IMG/VR virus record: IMGVR_UViG_3300044911_002386 | Span: 1 to 64,000 of that record | DNA from: a virus | Reading direction: 5' to 3' (one strand) | DNA length: 64,000 nt | In this document: positions 44,199-54,394 of the stretch, one piece after another | Layout of the letters: each line of letters starts with the position of its first letter | Numbering within the stretch: position 1 is the first letter of the stretch | Program-made: the position numbers and the translations under genes | Notes under the pieces: model-generated | Databases searched by the model: none | What the model saw: the letters and a program-made list of their open reading frames with translations, nothing else | What the model was told of the DNA's origin: nothing

Positions 44199-47100
44199 TC
44201 AAACGTTGCGGATAGCAGTCCGTAATGCCGCATTCGTATTAATTGCGACAATTAACTGCGCCAAGAAATCCGCTGTTAACATTGCTCCGCCGGTGGGACC
44301 TGTAGACCCGGTAATACCCTGCTCGCCTGGGGCACCGGGAGGCCCGCATAAACCTGTCGGCCCAGTCACGCCAGTTAAGCCTGTGACGCCTGTTGTGCCT
44401 TTGTCGCCCTTTGGACCCGTCAGCCCTGTTACGCCCGTTACGCCTAATCCTGCAGGCCCTGTGGCTCCTGTAACGCCCGTCAGCCCAGGCACACCCTGCA
44501 GGCCTAATCCTGACGGTCCGGTAGCCCCGGGCGAGCCAGACGGGCCTGTAGACCCTGGCGGGCCAGATGGGCCTGTAGCCCCTGTACGACCAGTTGGGCC
44601 GGTGCTGCCAGTAACACCCTTTTCGCCCCTGTCGCCCTTTGTACCCCTATCGCCTTTGGAGCCGCTTGGGCCTGTACCGCCGCTGGCGCCGCTCGGGCCA
44701 CGCCCGCCGCTTGGGCCTGTGCCGCCGGTGGCGCCGCTTGGGCCGTCTGGCCCCGTAGGTCCAGTTGGACCTGTGACGCCTGTAATACCTGTAACACCCG
44801 TGACTCCTGACGGGCCTTCGGCGCCGGTTGGGCCTGTAACCCCCGTCATCCCCATAAGGCCCGGAGAGCCGTCGAAACCGCGTGGGCCGCCCAGACCAAT
44901 AGGGCCGCTGGGGCCGCTAAGACCTGTAGCGCCCGTTACACCTGTCATGCCGCTCGGGCCGGTCATGCCCGTCATACCGTCTAAGCCGTTATTACCCGGC
45001 TGCCCGGGTGGCCCCTGAAAACCTGTTACGCCGGTTACACCGGTAATACCAGTCGGACCTGTAACGCCGGTAATACCTTTGTCGCCCTGCTCACCTTTTT
45101 CTCCCTTCGGCCCCGTCGGTCCCGTAATCGGCTCCGGACAATCGCCGCCACTAGAACCACCACCGCTACCACCACCGCTACCGCCACCGGTGTCGCTGTC
45201 AGGTTCCGGGCAAGTCGTAGTTTGAAAATTTAAATCTAAGTCAATGAAAGTCATGCCGCTTTCTTCGACAAATTTTATTTCACCAGTACCGATACCCTCT
45301 GGAGTTATTGTGACTTTCCCGCCACGTAATGCCTTTGGTTTAATTTTTAACTTTGGCTTATACGTTAACGAATTGCCGCCGCCACTGCCGCAGCCGCCGC
45401 CATCAGTCGTGGCCTCTAGTTTGATGTACTCGACTGGGTTGTAAACGCCGCCGACAAGCCCCGTCCCGCCGCCGATCTGGTAACCCACATATTCAGTTTC
45501 TTGCGGCTCAAAAACTGGAAGTTCAATATTTAATCTGATGTACGGCGCAATCCAGTATTTGCACTTGTCATACTGGTCACGCACGACGGCGATTGCCGCT
45601 TTATGCTGCCCGCCGGGAGACGCCGAGCCTTTTTTGTGATAGCAAATAACGACGCGCTGGTTCTCTGGCCCGACGCCGGTTTTCTGCCCTGTGAAGTCGT
45701 ACTCAATTGTCGTTTTGCAAAACGGCAGATTAAGTTGCAGACCAATGTTGTAGTTGCAGTAATATCCTGGATTGGTGGCTGACGTTACTGTCAACTGGCC
45801 TGTCGGATTTTGGTCCGGATCAATTTTTCTGATTATGACCGGCCCCGGCGAGATAGTCGGGCACGGCGGCTTCGGAATGCGAATGTCTATCGACAAGTAG
45901 AAATCAAAGTTGCATTCGTCTACTTCGCAGTCTTTGACGATAGGTCGTTTGACAATTCGAAAGTCTAGGTTTGTGTTATTTTCATACGACGCGTTAAGCC
46001 GACTTGAAATAACGTTTAACGTCGGGCACGGTGGTTTTGGCAAGGCAATGGATACACCTAGACCAAATTCAAATACGCAGATCGGCGGTGTTTTGCACGT
46101 GGCGGGAATGTTGCGGGATACGATGTAAAACGCTGAAGCATTACCGTTGCCAAAACTTCTGGCATTCGGTAATGACATAACCGCTGATTGGTTTGCCGCC
46201 GCGCATGTTGAGCCTGCATATGCACCGGCGGCAAAGTTTGACGACACTACAAACGCGGGGCACACCGGCCCGATCAGCGGAATGTATATCTCTAATTCAA
46301 TATCAAAAATACACTGCCCAGGATCATTACAGGTGGGCTCAGTGTGGTTTGGCGTAATCGCGAATTTGTTTTGTTTAGTAATGCAGCCGCCGTAATTTAC
46401 GTAGCCGCTGTCCACGCTAAATTTTTTGACGTTTAACTGCGGGCATCGTGGCACCGGAATAGGTATGTCAATAATAAGTTCGACGTCAAACGTACACTGA
46501 CCCGGCCCATCACACGTGGGCTCAGTGTGTCTTGGTGTAATTGAAAATTTAGTGTTCTCTTTTTTGCAACCCGGTTTATTGAAATACGAATTTACCTTGG
46601 CGGGCAAGACATTAAATTGCGGGCATGGCGGCAGCGGTATCGGAATGTCGATGACCAGCTCGACCTCGAAATCGCAACGGCCCGGGTCGTCGCATGTTGC
46701 CGGACTTTGCCGGACCGGATAAATGCGAAACTTGTTTTCTCTTACCGGGCACTCTGGCCGGTCTATATGCGGATTTACAGTAAACTCTGTAACGGTTATT
46801 TCGGGGCACGGGATGCGTGGAATTGGTACGTTGATGTAGACTTCGACATCAAAGATGCACGCGTTTGGATCTTTACAACTTGAGGCAGTTGCTGGACTAA
46901 ACGTGGCGGCATCTGTCCCGAGCGTAAAGTTTTCAACAACGTTTAACTCGAACAATTTTGATTTGTTCGTCAGTCCGTCAGCGACTAAAAACTGGCGATA
47001 GTTGTTCGTTAGAAAATCTGCTGAACTATTTAAATACTCTACACGTGTTATGACGTTAAACGGATCACCGCCAGTTGCTTTTGTATAATCGACAACGTAT

Positions 47101-48311
47101 ACGCCGGCTCTGTGGTTGTCGCTAACGACTGTGCCCGCGCCGCCCGGGTTTGTGTTTTTTGGCGTCCAGATAAACACTTCGTCTTGATTTAAAACAACGC
47201 CATCGGCCGTTATTTTATTGGTGACATTATTAAGCAGGTAGACGCTATCTTTTGCTTTAACTGGTGTCGCGGTGGCGGCTGAGCCGCTATTGCGGCGTGC
47301 AATGCTAAATTTGTTTTCTTTAATCGTGCAACCAGTAACCGAGTCATCACCGACAAAATATGTGCTGACGCCGAAATCAAGAAGATTGAACTCAGGGCAC
47401 GGTATCCGCGGAATCGGTACCTCGATGACCAGTTCGACATCAAATATGCACTGGCCGGGGTCGTTGCAATTTTGCGGTTCAATGTGCCGAGGAATGATTC
47501 GAAATTTGTTGTTGTTAGCGCCGCTACCACAAATATCGTCTGGGTCGTTCGGGTCATAAAAATATGTGTCAACGTTGAACTCTGTGACCGAGATTATCGG
47601 GCACTTAATTCTCGGAACCGGGATATTGATAGCGAGCTCAACGTCAAAAATACATCGACCCGGGTCGTTACAGTTTTGCGGCTCTTCATGCCGCGGCGTA
47701 ATAAAGAAGACGTTATTAATTTTGCAGGCGTCAGAATTTTCGTCTTCAAAATACGTATTGACCCTGAACCGATTTAAACTGAACTCAGGGCATTTGAGAC
47801 GCGGAATAGGTATGTTGATGTCCAACACAATGTCGAACGTGCATTGCCCGGGGTCGCTACAGGTAGGAGGCGTGTGCCGTCGGTTAATTGTTAGCGTGCT
47901 TGTCTTAGCCGGGCAATTTGAGTTGTCAACGAAGTAAACCGACTGCGACGTGGGAGCGATATTAATCTGCGGGCACGGAATGTTTGGTACCGGAACATTG
48001 ATGTCTAAGTTAATTTCATATTCGCACGGATTTGTTTCTTTGCTCGGTCGCGTAATTGTGAGCAAAGCTCGCGGAGTATTGTCGCACCCAGCTGCGGCGG
48101 TCGCGACGCGAATCGTAGATTCGGCTGTAAATTCTGGGCATTGGAAATCAGGCGTACGCGGCACGATTGGCAACACGCACTCAAAGATCGGCGGCGGTGT
48201 CGGCGCGATACGACAATCTTGAATAAAGTCAAAATTGACTTTTGGTACCGGCGCCACTTGGCAGTCGGGATCAGACTCTACAAAAAGATTGTCGGATGTG
48301 TTGTCAGCCAT
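44199..48311 (-). CDS. Fibre protein with about 11 Cys-rich repeats and a collagen triple helix
   Basis: Repeats CP...C...NKF.I...C.DPG.C.FDVEL.I.IPIP; about 90 Gly-X-Y triplets at roughly 44290-45125. Confidence 0.85.
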   Translation of the reverse strand: MADNTSDNLFVESDPDCQVAPVPKVNFDFIQDCRIAPTPPPIFECVLPIVPRTPDFQCPEFTAESTIRVATAAAGCDNTPRALLTITRPSKETNPCEYEINLDINVPVPNIPCPQINIAPTSQSVYFVDNSNCPAKTSTLTINRRHTPPTCSDPGQCTFDIVLDINIPIPRLKCPEFSLNRFRVNTYFEDENSDACKINNVFFITPRHEEPQNCNDPGRCIFDVELAINIPVPRIKCPIISVTEFNVDTYFYDPNDPDDICGSGANNNKFRIIPRHIEPQNCNDPGQCIFDVELVIEVPIPRIPCPEFNLLDFGVSTYFVGDDSVTGCTIKENKFSIARRNSGSAATATPVKAKDSVYLLNNVTNKITADGVVLNQDEVFIWTPKNTNPGGAGTVVSDNHRAGVYVVDYTKATGGDPFNVITRVEYLNSSADFLTNNYRQFLVADGLTNKSKLFELNVVENFTLGTDAATFSPATASSCKDPNACIFDVEVYINVPIPRIPCPEITVTEFTVNPHIDRPECPVRENKFRIYPVRQSPATCDDPGRCDFEVELVIDIPIPLPPCPQFNVLPAKVNSYFNKPGCKKENTKFSITPRHTEPTCDGPGQCTFDVELIIDIPIPVPRCPQLNVKKFSVDSGYVNYGGCITKQNKFAITPNHTEPTCNDPGQCIFDIELEIYIPLIGPVCPAFVVSSNFAAGAYAGSTCAAANQSAVMSLPNARSFGNGNASAFYIVSRNIPATCKTPPICVFEFGLGVSIALPKPPCPTLNVISSRLNASYENNTNLDFRIVKRPIVKDCEVDECNFDFYLSIDIRIPKPPCPTISPGPVIIRKIDPDQNPTGQLTVTSATNPGYYCNYNIGLQLNLPFCKTTIEYDFTGQKTGVGPENQRVVICYHKKGSASPGGQHKAAIAVVRDQYDKCKYWIAPYIRLNIELPVFEPQETEYVGYQIGGGTGLVGGVYNPVEYIKLEATTDGGGCGSGGGNSLTYKPKLKIKPKALRGGKVTITPEGIGTGEIKFVEESGMTFIDLDLNFQTTTCPEPDSDTGGGSGGGSGGGSSGGDCPEPITGPTGPKGEKGEQGDKGITGVTGPTGITGVTGVTGFQGPPGQPGNNGLDGMTGMTGPSGMTGVTGATGLSGPSGPIGLGGPRGFDGSPGLMGMTGVTGPTGAEGPSGVTGVTGITGVTGPTGPTGPDGPSGATGGTGPSGGRGPSGASGGTGPSGSKGDRGTKGDRGEKGVTGSTGPTGRTGATGPSGPPGSTGPSGSPGATGPSGLGLQGVPGLTGVTGATGPAGLGVTGVTGLTGPKGDKGTTGVTGLTGVTGPTGLCGPPGAPGEQGITGSTGPTGGAMLTADFLAQLIVAINTNAALRTAIRNV

Positions 48312-48314
48312 GAT

Positions 48315-49229
48315 TTAACAGTTGCCGGCGTTATTGATATTTCTTGTGATCGTAATTTTTGGTGGATCAGTTTGCGTGGCAATATTTATACCTTGCCCAC
48401 CAAGAAGTGTCACGTTGGGACCACTTAGGCCGTTTAAAGTAAAAATCAAATCGTCACACGCCGGGCCATTAGTAAAAAACTTACCTGTGGCTATCTCGCC
48501 CGCGAAAAGCGGCAACTCACTGCCGTTAGCGCATAACTCTGCGTCTGTCGGCATTCCGGCGCCTATGGCGGCACCAATTCTTAACTCGTTAGTCCAGCTC
48601 GGCTGACGAATGCTGCAATTGTAACCCTCTTTAAATTTTACATCTCCGGTGAGGCAGAGTTTATTTAGTACCACGTCCGGGACAGGCGCGGTATCGTCGT
48701 CGCCGCACGCCGGGATAAATGTCCGCTCGTAGTTCCCGACGTTTATTGTGCGGACATAACCTTTGTTTAAGTTCTGTATTCGCGCGGGCTCTATTTGCTG
48801 TTCGTTTTGTGCAAATGTTTTAACGCTATCGACGGGCACATCGGCCGCGAGTGCTTGCAACGGCCCCGTAACGATAAAGCCTTCCCAGACTGGGTCATAA
48901 TTTTCTTCACACGATACGGCGTTGTCCGCCGTGCGGGCCAAGCTCGCACTTTCTCCGTACACAATAGCCCACTCGTTGCTGCTGCTCGGGCATGTGAACG
49001 TTAGTGGGGTGGCATGCGCGTTCGTCCGGAACGTAAACGTAAACTGCATTGCGGTGCGGGCCACTTGGGCGAGCCACACAGTATGCAAAGATTCTTCGAA
49101 CTGGCTATCAATTCTCATGATAAAACCAGCATCAACGACTGCACTTTCCGGCAGCCTGGGTTCGCCGGGCCTAAAAATAAATGGGTAAGCCCGATGCTCG
49201 TTGTCGTTGTAAAAACCTGGTTGCGGCAT
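48315..49229 (-). CDS. Tail/fibre-base protein, YP(F/L) paralogue 5
   Basis: FYNDNEHRAYPF; GDVKFKEGYN; FTLNG. Confidence 0.7.
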   Translation of the reverse strand: MPQPGFYNDNEHRAYPFIFRPGEPRLPESAVVDAGFIMRIDSQFEESLHTVWLAQVARTAMQFTFTFRTNAHATPLTFTCPSSSNEWAIVYGESASLARTADNAVSCEENYDPVWEGFIVTGPLQALAADVPVDSVKTFAQNEQQIEPARIQNLNKGYVRTINVGNYERTFIPACGDDDTAPVPDVVLNKLCLTGDVKFKEGYNCSIRQPSWTNELRIGAAIGAGMPTDAELCANGSELPLFAGEIATGKFFTNGPACDDLIFTLNGLSGPNVTLLGGQGINIATQTDPPKITITRNINNAGNC

Positions 49230-50059
49230 TAGCTCACCTGCGGACCAACGGTGTCAAAATTAATGGCGTCGCCCGTGGGGTATATCCGAACAACTGTATG
49301 CGGGTTTTTCTCGCTCGCCACATGCGAGATATTACCCGTGGCTGTAAACGTAAAATTACCGTACTCGTCAGCGCCGCAACCGTTGATAGTGCGTAAAAAC
49401 TTTTTTGGCGGAAAAGACGTCAGCGGGGCACACACAAAACGTTTAAATAACGGCACGCCTACGACATCAACACGAATTGTGTTAGCACCCTCAACACGCA
49501 GTACAACGCCAGCGTTACCAATCAGCCATACGTCGCCAGTGCTTATCTCGGGTGATGACGACGCTGTGATAGCCCGTACGCCGGGTTCTTGTGCCGGCAC
49601 TGATACGCTGGCAACAAACTCTGCTGTTGCGGCATTAAACCTGTGCTCGCCAGCCGGCCACGCCGCGAGGTCTACAAGTGGCGTCACTTCTTTTATGGTG
49701 CCGGCCGCGTCACGAACCGTTGGTGCCGCCACGAGCAAGCCCGCAGGCCGCCCGTACGTGTCGACAAAATTTAATACCCCGCTGTCCGGTGGCGAGGCAG
49801 AGGCATAGGTCGCAGTAAATTTTCTATCAGCACCGCTGTCGCCTATTGTGACGGTGACTGTTTGCGTCGTAACGATTACTGCAGATAAATACAGCCCGAC
49901 GTTCGTGCCAATACCAAAAAAAGACGCGTCTAAAAACAAATCGGTCGGCAGTCTAATGCCGGTGTTTATTGCAAGCAGTGTGACGTGATCGGCAAACGGA
50001 TACTTTGAATCCGCCTGCTCGTCCCGAAACTGTGGGAATAGAATACGTGCGCTAGACAT
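49229..50059 (-). CDS. Tail/fibre-base protein, YP(F/L) paralogue 4
   Basis: QADSKYPF; GDVWLIG; RTINGCGADEYGNF. Confidence 0.7.
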   Translation of the reverse strand: MSSARILFPQFRDEQADSKYPFADHVTLLAINTGIRLPTDLFLDASFFGIGTNVGLYLSAVIVTTQTVTVTIGDSGADRKFTATYASASPPDSGVLNFVDTYGRPAGLLVAAPTVRDAAGTIKEVTPLVDLAAWPAGEHRFNAATAEFVASVSVPAQEPGVRAITASSSPEISTGDVWLIGNAGVVLRVEGANTIRVDVVGVPLFKRFVCAPLTSFPPKKFLRTINGCGADEYGNFTFTATGNISHVASEKNPHTVVRIYPTGDAINFDTVGPQVS

Positions 50060-50064
50060 TGGTT

Positions 50065-51876
50065 TTACGTAATGGTGAATTTATTGAAGTAGGTGTACGC
50101 TCGGCTTGTAAATAAGCCCGCCGCCCCGGTAAATGCACCGTAATTTGCGGCGCTAATATTCACAACAATGTTCGCGGTTGCCGGACTGTTCAGCGTCATC
50201 TCCTCGACAATAGCGTTGATAATGACGTTATTACCGTTGATGTTGGGCGTGGCGGATAACCGGTACCACGTATTTGTTTTTATGCGGACATTTACGGTGC
50301 TTTCTACCGTAACTGAATTATTAGTGTACCGCAGTACGCGCAACTGGCTTTTAGATGCATCTATGACGATGGCAATGTATGTCGTATAGACGAGTTGCAG
50401 AGCGCTTAAATCACGACGAAAGTTTAAGATTAATCCGCCGTTACGCTCTATGCCCGCTGAACTTATTCGTAGTTCAGTTGTGACCGTCTGCCCGATGTTC
50501 CAGTTAGTCGCACAATTTTTTAGCGTGGCTATATTTACATTGCCGCTGTCAGTCGCGGCATAGGTATTGTGCGCAGACAGTGTGTAGTTGTCTGATAAAA
50601 AGTTAGCGGGGTTTGGGGGAAGCGGGTTGCCGCTTGCGTCGCAGTAGGCACACGGCGGAGGTGCCGCAATACTGGCAGCAAAAAATGTACCGGACTGCGT
50701 GTTAAAAGCAGGTGCGGCGCCGTTACACGTGTTGAAGTCGACGCAAAATGGTACGGTAAGGCATGGATAGTTCGCGATGGGCGGAAGTTCCTCTGCGATA
50801 ATGTCTGGTATTTTATCGGTGGGATCGGGCCACCCGCAGTACTCTTCCGACTCGGCGGCTGTCCATGTGATCAAATCTGCATTAAGCGTAAATCGATTGT
50901 TTGTGTCTTTAGTTTTTACAAGCATTCCGGCGGTGCGATTGGAAGACGGTATTGTGTAAATGTCGGCTTCCCGCTCCACCTCAAGATCTGGACTGCAGCA
51001 ATTGTCTTTGAAGTTGCGCGGCGGATTAACTGTGCCGCACACTGACGGCAAGTCAACGTCGGTAAGCACGTCGACGCCGCCGCACGCGTCAAATAATTTC
51101 CCAGTAAGCCCGCCAAAGTCGATGGCTATATTGCCGTTGCAATCAGGCAATATGCCGTTAATACTTTCAATGGGTGTTTTGTCGCAGGTGCCGCTTTCTG
51201 GTCGCTGCCCGCACGGCCCAAGAAACTGTTTTAACGGATTGTATTCTGTCGTGATCTGAGTAGTGTCGAGTTCTATGACAATTCCGCTTGCCGCGTTTTT
51301 AACAACTGTTTTTGTGCCAGACGTCATGTCGACGATTCGACCGACGTTGGCAACGCGGCTAACTTTTATGGGCACGTCGCCTACAATGTTAATAACGCCC
51401 TCAAGCCCTGCACTGACACCATCCTTCCGCAAAGATGTGACGCCGATTGGTCGATAACCGCGGCCATTCCTCGGTGCGACCAGTGTTTGGCGCGGGCTGC
51501 CGTAACGCCCCGTAAAATTTGTCAAAATACCAGGACCAAAAACGACCCAGCCGCTTACACCTGGCAACATAGCCGTGACAGGGTAATTAACATACGGCAC
51601 TACGGGCTTCGGTAGCGACAGCACGGCGACCGTTGGGCCAGTTGCCGCGGCTAGTTCGCTCACCGCTCCGAAGAGCACTGTTACAATGCCAGTCGAAACA
51701 GTAATGCCTTGCACATATAAATAACGCCCGACTGCGGCTGGAAACTTTATATGGCAGTCGACGAGAATGTCGTCTCGAATAAGTTGCCCGTCGTCAGAGA
51801 TACCCGTGCTATTTTCATCTAGCGGATATCGCCGAGTCGACTGCAGGTTATACCAATTGTGATTTCTAACGCTCAT
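50065..51876 (-). CDS. Tail/fibre-base protein with beta-rich C-terminal domain, paralogue 3
   Basis: WYNLQSTRRYPL; ESINGILPDCNGNI; lectin-like beta-sandwich tail (NTWYRL...GAAGLF...FNKF). Confidence 0.7.
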   Translation of the reverse strand: MSVRNHNWYNLQSTRRYPLDENSTGISDDGQLIRDDILVDCHIKFPAAVGRYLYVQGITVSTGIVTVLFGAVSELAAATGPTVAVLSLPKPVVPYVNYPVTAMLPGVSGWVVFGPGILTNFTGRYGSPRQTLVAPRNGRGYRPIGVTSLRKDGVSAGLEGVINIVGDVPIKVSRVANVGRIVDMTSGTKTVVKNAASGIVIELDTTQITTEYNPLKQFLGPCGQRPESGTCDKTPIESINGILPDCNGNIAIDFGGLTGKLFDACGGVDVLTDVDLPSVCGTVNPPRNFKDNCCSPDLEVEREADIYTIPSSNRTAGMLVKTKDTNNRFTLNADLITWTAAESEEYCGWPDPTDKIPDIIAEELPPIANYPCLTVPFCVDFNTCNGAAPAFNTQSGTFFAASIAAPPPCAYCDASGNPLPPNPANFLSDNYTLSAHNTYAATDSGNVNIATLKNCATNWNIGQTVTTELRISSAGIERNGGLILNFRRDLSALQLVYTTYIAIVIDASKSQLRVLRYTNNSVTVESTVNVRIKTNTWYRLSATPNINGNNVIINAIVEEMTLNSPATANIVVNISAANYGAFTGAAGLFTSRAYTYFNKFTIT

Positions 51877-51877
51877 G

Positions 51878-53437
51878 TTAACACGGCATATCTGTATCGC
51901 CGTTATCGTCGCAGTACAGTGCCTGTGTCGTTTCGGCTACTGCTACGATACGGTCAGCTTCTGGTGTTTCGGCAGCACAGCCTGTTTTTAGCGGTGCCCC
52001 GACCGGCGAATCTAGTGTACCCGTGAGTACGCCCTTTATGGCGAAATTCAATCTCGGTGAAAACTTGAGCCTAAATTTTAAATAAGCAGACGAGCCTGAA
52101 TTAATTGACGGCATTTTAAAAGTTGCTGCCGTAACATTGCCGTTTGCGGTCACAGTTATACCGACTGACTGGCCGTTGATCCCTGGTGCGAACAACGCCG
52201 TGTAACCGCAAACAAGTTCGGCTGATACCGTGCCCGGCTGATTCACTGGGGTTAAAGTTAACTGTAACGTGCTTCCGCTAAGGCAGCTATCGCATGGGTT
52301 GCAAATCATGGCAACCACGTCCATAAACGGACAACCTTGCGGAACCAAAATAAGTTTTAATGGGTTACCCAGCGAACAATCACGCTTGTCGAGCCATCGG
52401 TCAATGTTAGATTCGTGAATGCCCTTTATGTTTTCTACACGAGTGCCGACAAGTTGATAGCGGCTACCAACGCTATTCATGTACAGTGCGGCTGCCACAT
52501 AATCGTCGCACTCGCAGCACGGCGGACAGTCGGCGCCCATTTGCTGTTTATGCACTGGATCTGGATAAAGACTGTTCGCTGTAGGCCGCACAGTCGGTCT
52601 GCGGAGATACAAACAATCGCCAGCCGACAGCAGGAAGTCGCCGGATGCGTTGGGCGCCGCGCCGTTAATTGTCCTGATTGGTTGCGGCGGGCGCGGGCCG
52701 ATGCCCTGATCAAAACCGTCACCGCAAACCGGGTAATAGCCAGCGCCGGAACCTGCGACAGCAGACAATCTAACTTCTGTATTTTTTAGGTAATTTGAAA
52801 CGCTGCTCGTCGCAGTTATTTCTGTGTTGTAGCCGTTTTTAAAAACTACGTTACCGGTGTACGGGCCTAGCACGGTTGTGCCGCTGCGTTGCTTTACGCG
52901 CAGGGAAAGCAATCTTTTTGGCAGCTTATACACAACTCGGGCGTCAAGCGTGCCGTTTGCCGGCGCGATATACCGGTCATAATGCCTAGGGGCTGGTTCA
53001 CCAGTCTTCCAGTTTGTGTGAGCGACGAGATGACACGTGCCAGCGGCAGTTGTCCATTTATAGATCGTGTAGTCTGTGTTCCACGGTGTTGCGGTGTAAG
53101 TTACCGTCGCCGCACCAGTGGTGTCGAATACCACGTTGTTATTTATGTCAACAATGACAATGTCAGCCTCGTTGCCGCGCGGGGCGGGCGCCCCAGCAGG
53201 CAAGGCATTCGGATTGCAACCGACGTTGTATAAATACTTCACACGATATGGCGGCTGCCGCTCGGCTGTGCCTGGCACGGCCACTGCCGGGTCGTCAAAC
53301 GCTACATGCAGGTCAGCAACAAGAAAACGGATATCCTCCGACGGCGCCACGAATGGGTAGTCAAGACCGCTCTGCGGCTGGCAGATCCCGATACCTTCAC
53401 GGCCATGCGGTGTAAATGTGAAACCGGGGCAACTCAT
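51878..53437 (-). CDS. Tail/fibre-base protein, paralogue 2
   Basis: QSGLDYPF; GNVVFKNGYN; RTINGAAPNASGDF; CPPCCEC. Confidence 0.7.
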   Translation of the reverse strand: MSCPGFTFTPHGREGIGICQPQSGLDYPFVAPSEDIRFLVADLHVAFDDPAVAVPGTAERQPPYRVKYLYNVGCNPNALPAGAPAPRGNEADIVIVDINNNVVFDTTGAATVTYTATPWNTDYTIYKWTTAAGTCHLVAHTNWKTGEPAPRHYDRYIAPANGTLDARVVYKLPKRLLSLRVKQRSGTTVLGPYTGNVVFKNGYNTEITATSSVSNYLKNTEVRLSAVAGSGAGYYPVCGDGFDQGIGPRPPQPIRTINGAAPNASGDFLLSAGDCLYLRRPTVRPTANSLYPDPVHKQQMGADCPPCCECDDYVAAALYMNSVGSRYQLVGTRVENIKGIHESNIDRWLDKRDCSLGNPLKLILVPQGCPFMDVVAMICNPCDSCLSGSTLQLTLTPVNQPGTVSAELVCGYTALFAPGINGQSVGITVTANGNVTAATFKMPSINSGSSAYLKFRLKFSPRLNFAIKGVLTGTLDSPVGAPLKTGCAAETPEADRIVAVAETTQALYCDDNGDTDMPC

Positions 53438-53440
53438 GGG

Positions 53441-54385
53441 TTACTCCGGTGTGCAGGCTGCGTAATCGGAAAAGCGGCTACCCAGTACGACCAGGCTCAT
53501 TTGCGTGACCTCAGAGCCCAGGCGCGTTACAAAGTTTTGGAGCGTGGTCACGCCATCGCCAAAGCGGTCAATCTGCGTGTTGATTGCGTCTAACTCATTG
53601 CAACCACAGCACGGCGACGCGCACGTGTCAGTAAATGATAAGCCGTTTGTGATCTGTGAAATTTCTACGCATGCGTCTTGTGCAAACGTGAACGTCCCGT
53701 CGTCCGAGCAGACACCGTTAATGCAACGAATACATTCTCCGCTTGGCGGTACGTTGCAAAGACAGTCTTGATTTAGATTTGCACCAGAGATGGCATTGAA
53801 CACGATCTCTGTTTGATTGCCGCTCGTCTGCACGTCTATACGTACATTGGTGCCGGCTACTAACGTGACATGGCCGTAAATCGGGTCACTGTATTCATTG
53901 TTGTTTAAAATTTGCAGACGCTGCACGGCACGCAGCATCGGGCGTATGGCGTCGGGCTCTACGGCGCCGCCTGCTGGTGTAAAGGTATAAAATCCGGGGG
54001 CCAAGCGGTCGATATCGTCAAGCACGCCGAGCACAATAGTTCCAATAGAATCATCAAACTCGTCTATGCCGCCAAGGGCGTACGAACGGTTTGGCACGTG
54101 TGTGCCACGCACGACGTTAGCACTGGCTACGTCAATATTGCTTATACCGTCGCTGTAGCCGAGCGTGATTGCAAAGCCAGTTGGTGCAATCATCAAACTC
54201 TTAATAAAAAAGTTTGTTGGCAGAAAATTGCCGCCGGCGTGCGTAGGAAAATAAAGACCTACAATAAAGTTATCTGGAATTATGACGGTGTTCGTAATGT
54301 CCGTCTTGGTAGCGGCCTCTGTCAGCGGATAAGATCGCTGCGAGTTGTGGTTAAGCCACTGTAGATTCCAGTTACCGATTGGCAT
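53441..54385 (-). CDS. Tail/fibre-base protein, paralogue 1
   Basis: WLNHNSQRSYPL; GHVTLVAGTN; RCING; CASPCCGC. Confidence 0.7.
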   Translation of the reverse strand: MPIGNWNLQWLNHNSQRSYPLTEAATKTDITNTVIIPDNFIVGLYFPTHAGGNFLPTNFFIKSLMIAPTGFAITLGYSDGISNIDVASANVVRGTHVPNRSYALGGIDEFDDSIGTIVLGVLDDIDRLAPGFYTFTPAGGAVEPDAIRPMLRAVQRLQILNNNEYSDPIYGHVTLVAGTNVRIDVQTSGNQTEIVFNAISGANLNQDCLCNVPPSGECIRCINGVCSDDGTFTFAQDACVEISQITNGLSFTDTCASPCCGCNELDAINTQIDRFGDGVTTLQNFVTRLGSEVTQMSLVVLGSRFSDYAACTPE

Positions 54386-54394
54386 GATAATTCG

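Noticed and set aside
44149-45018. 289-aa Pro-rich plus-strand ORF
   Set aside because: Antisense of the collagen Gly codons
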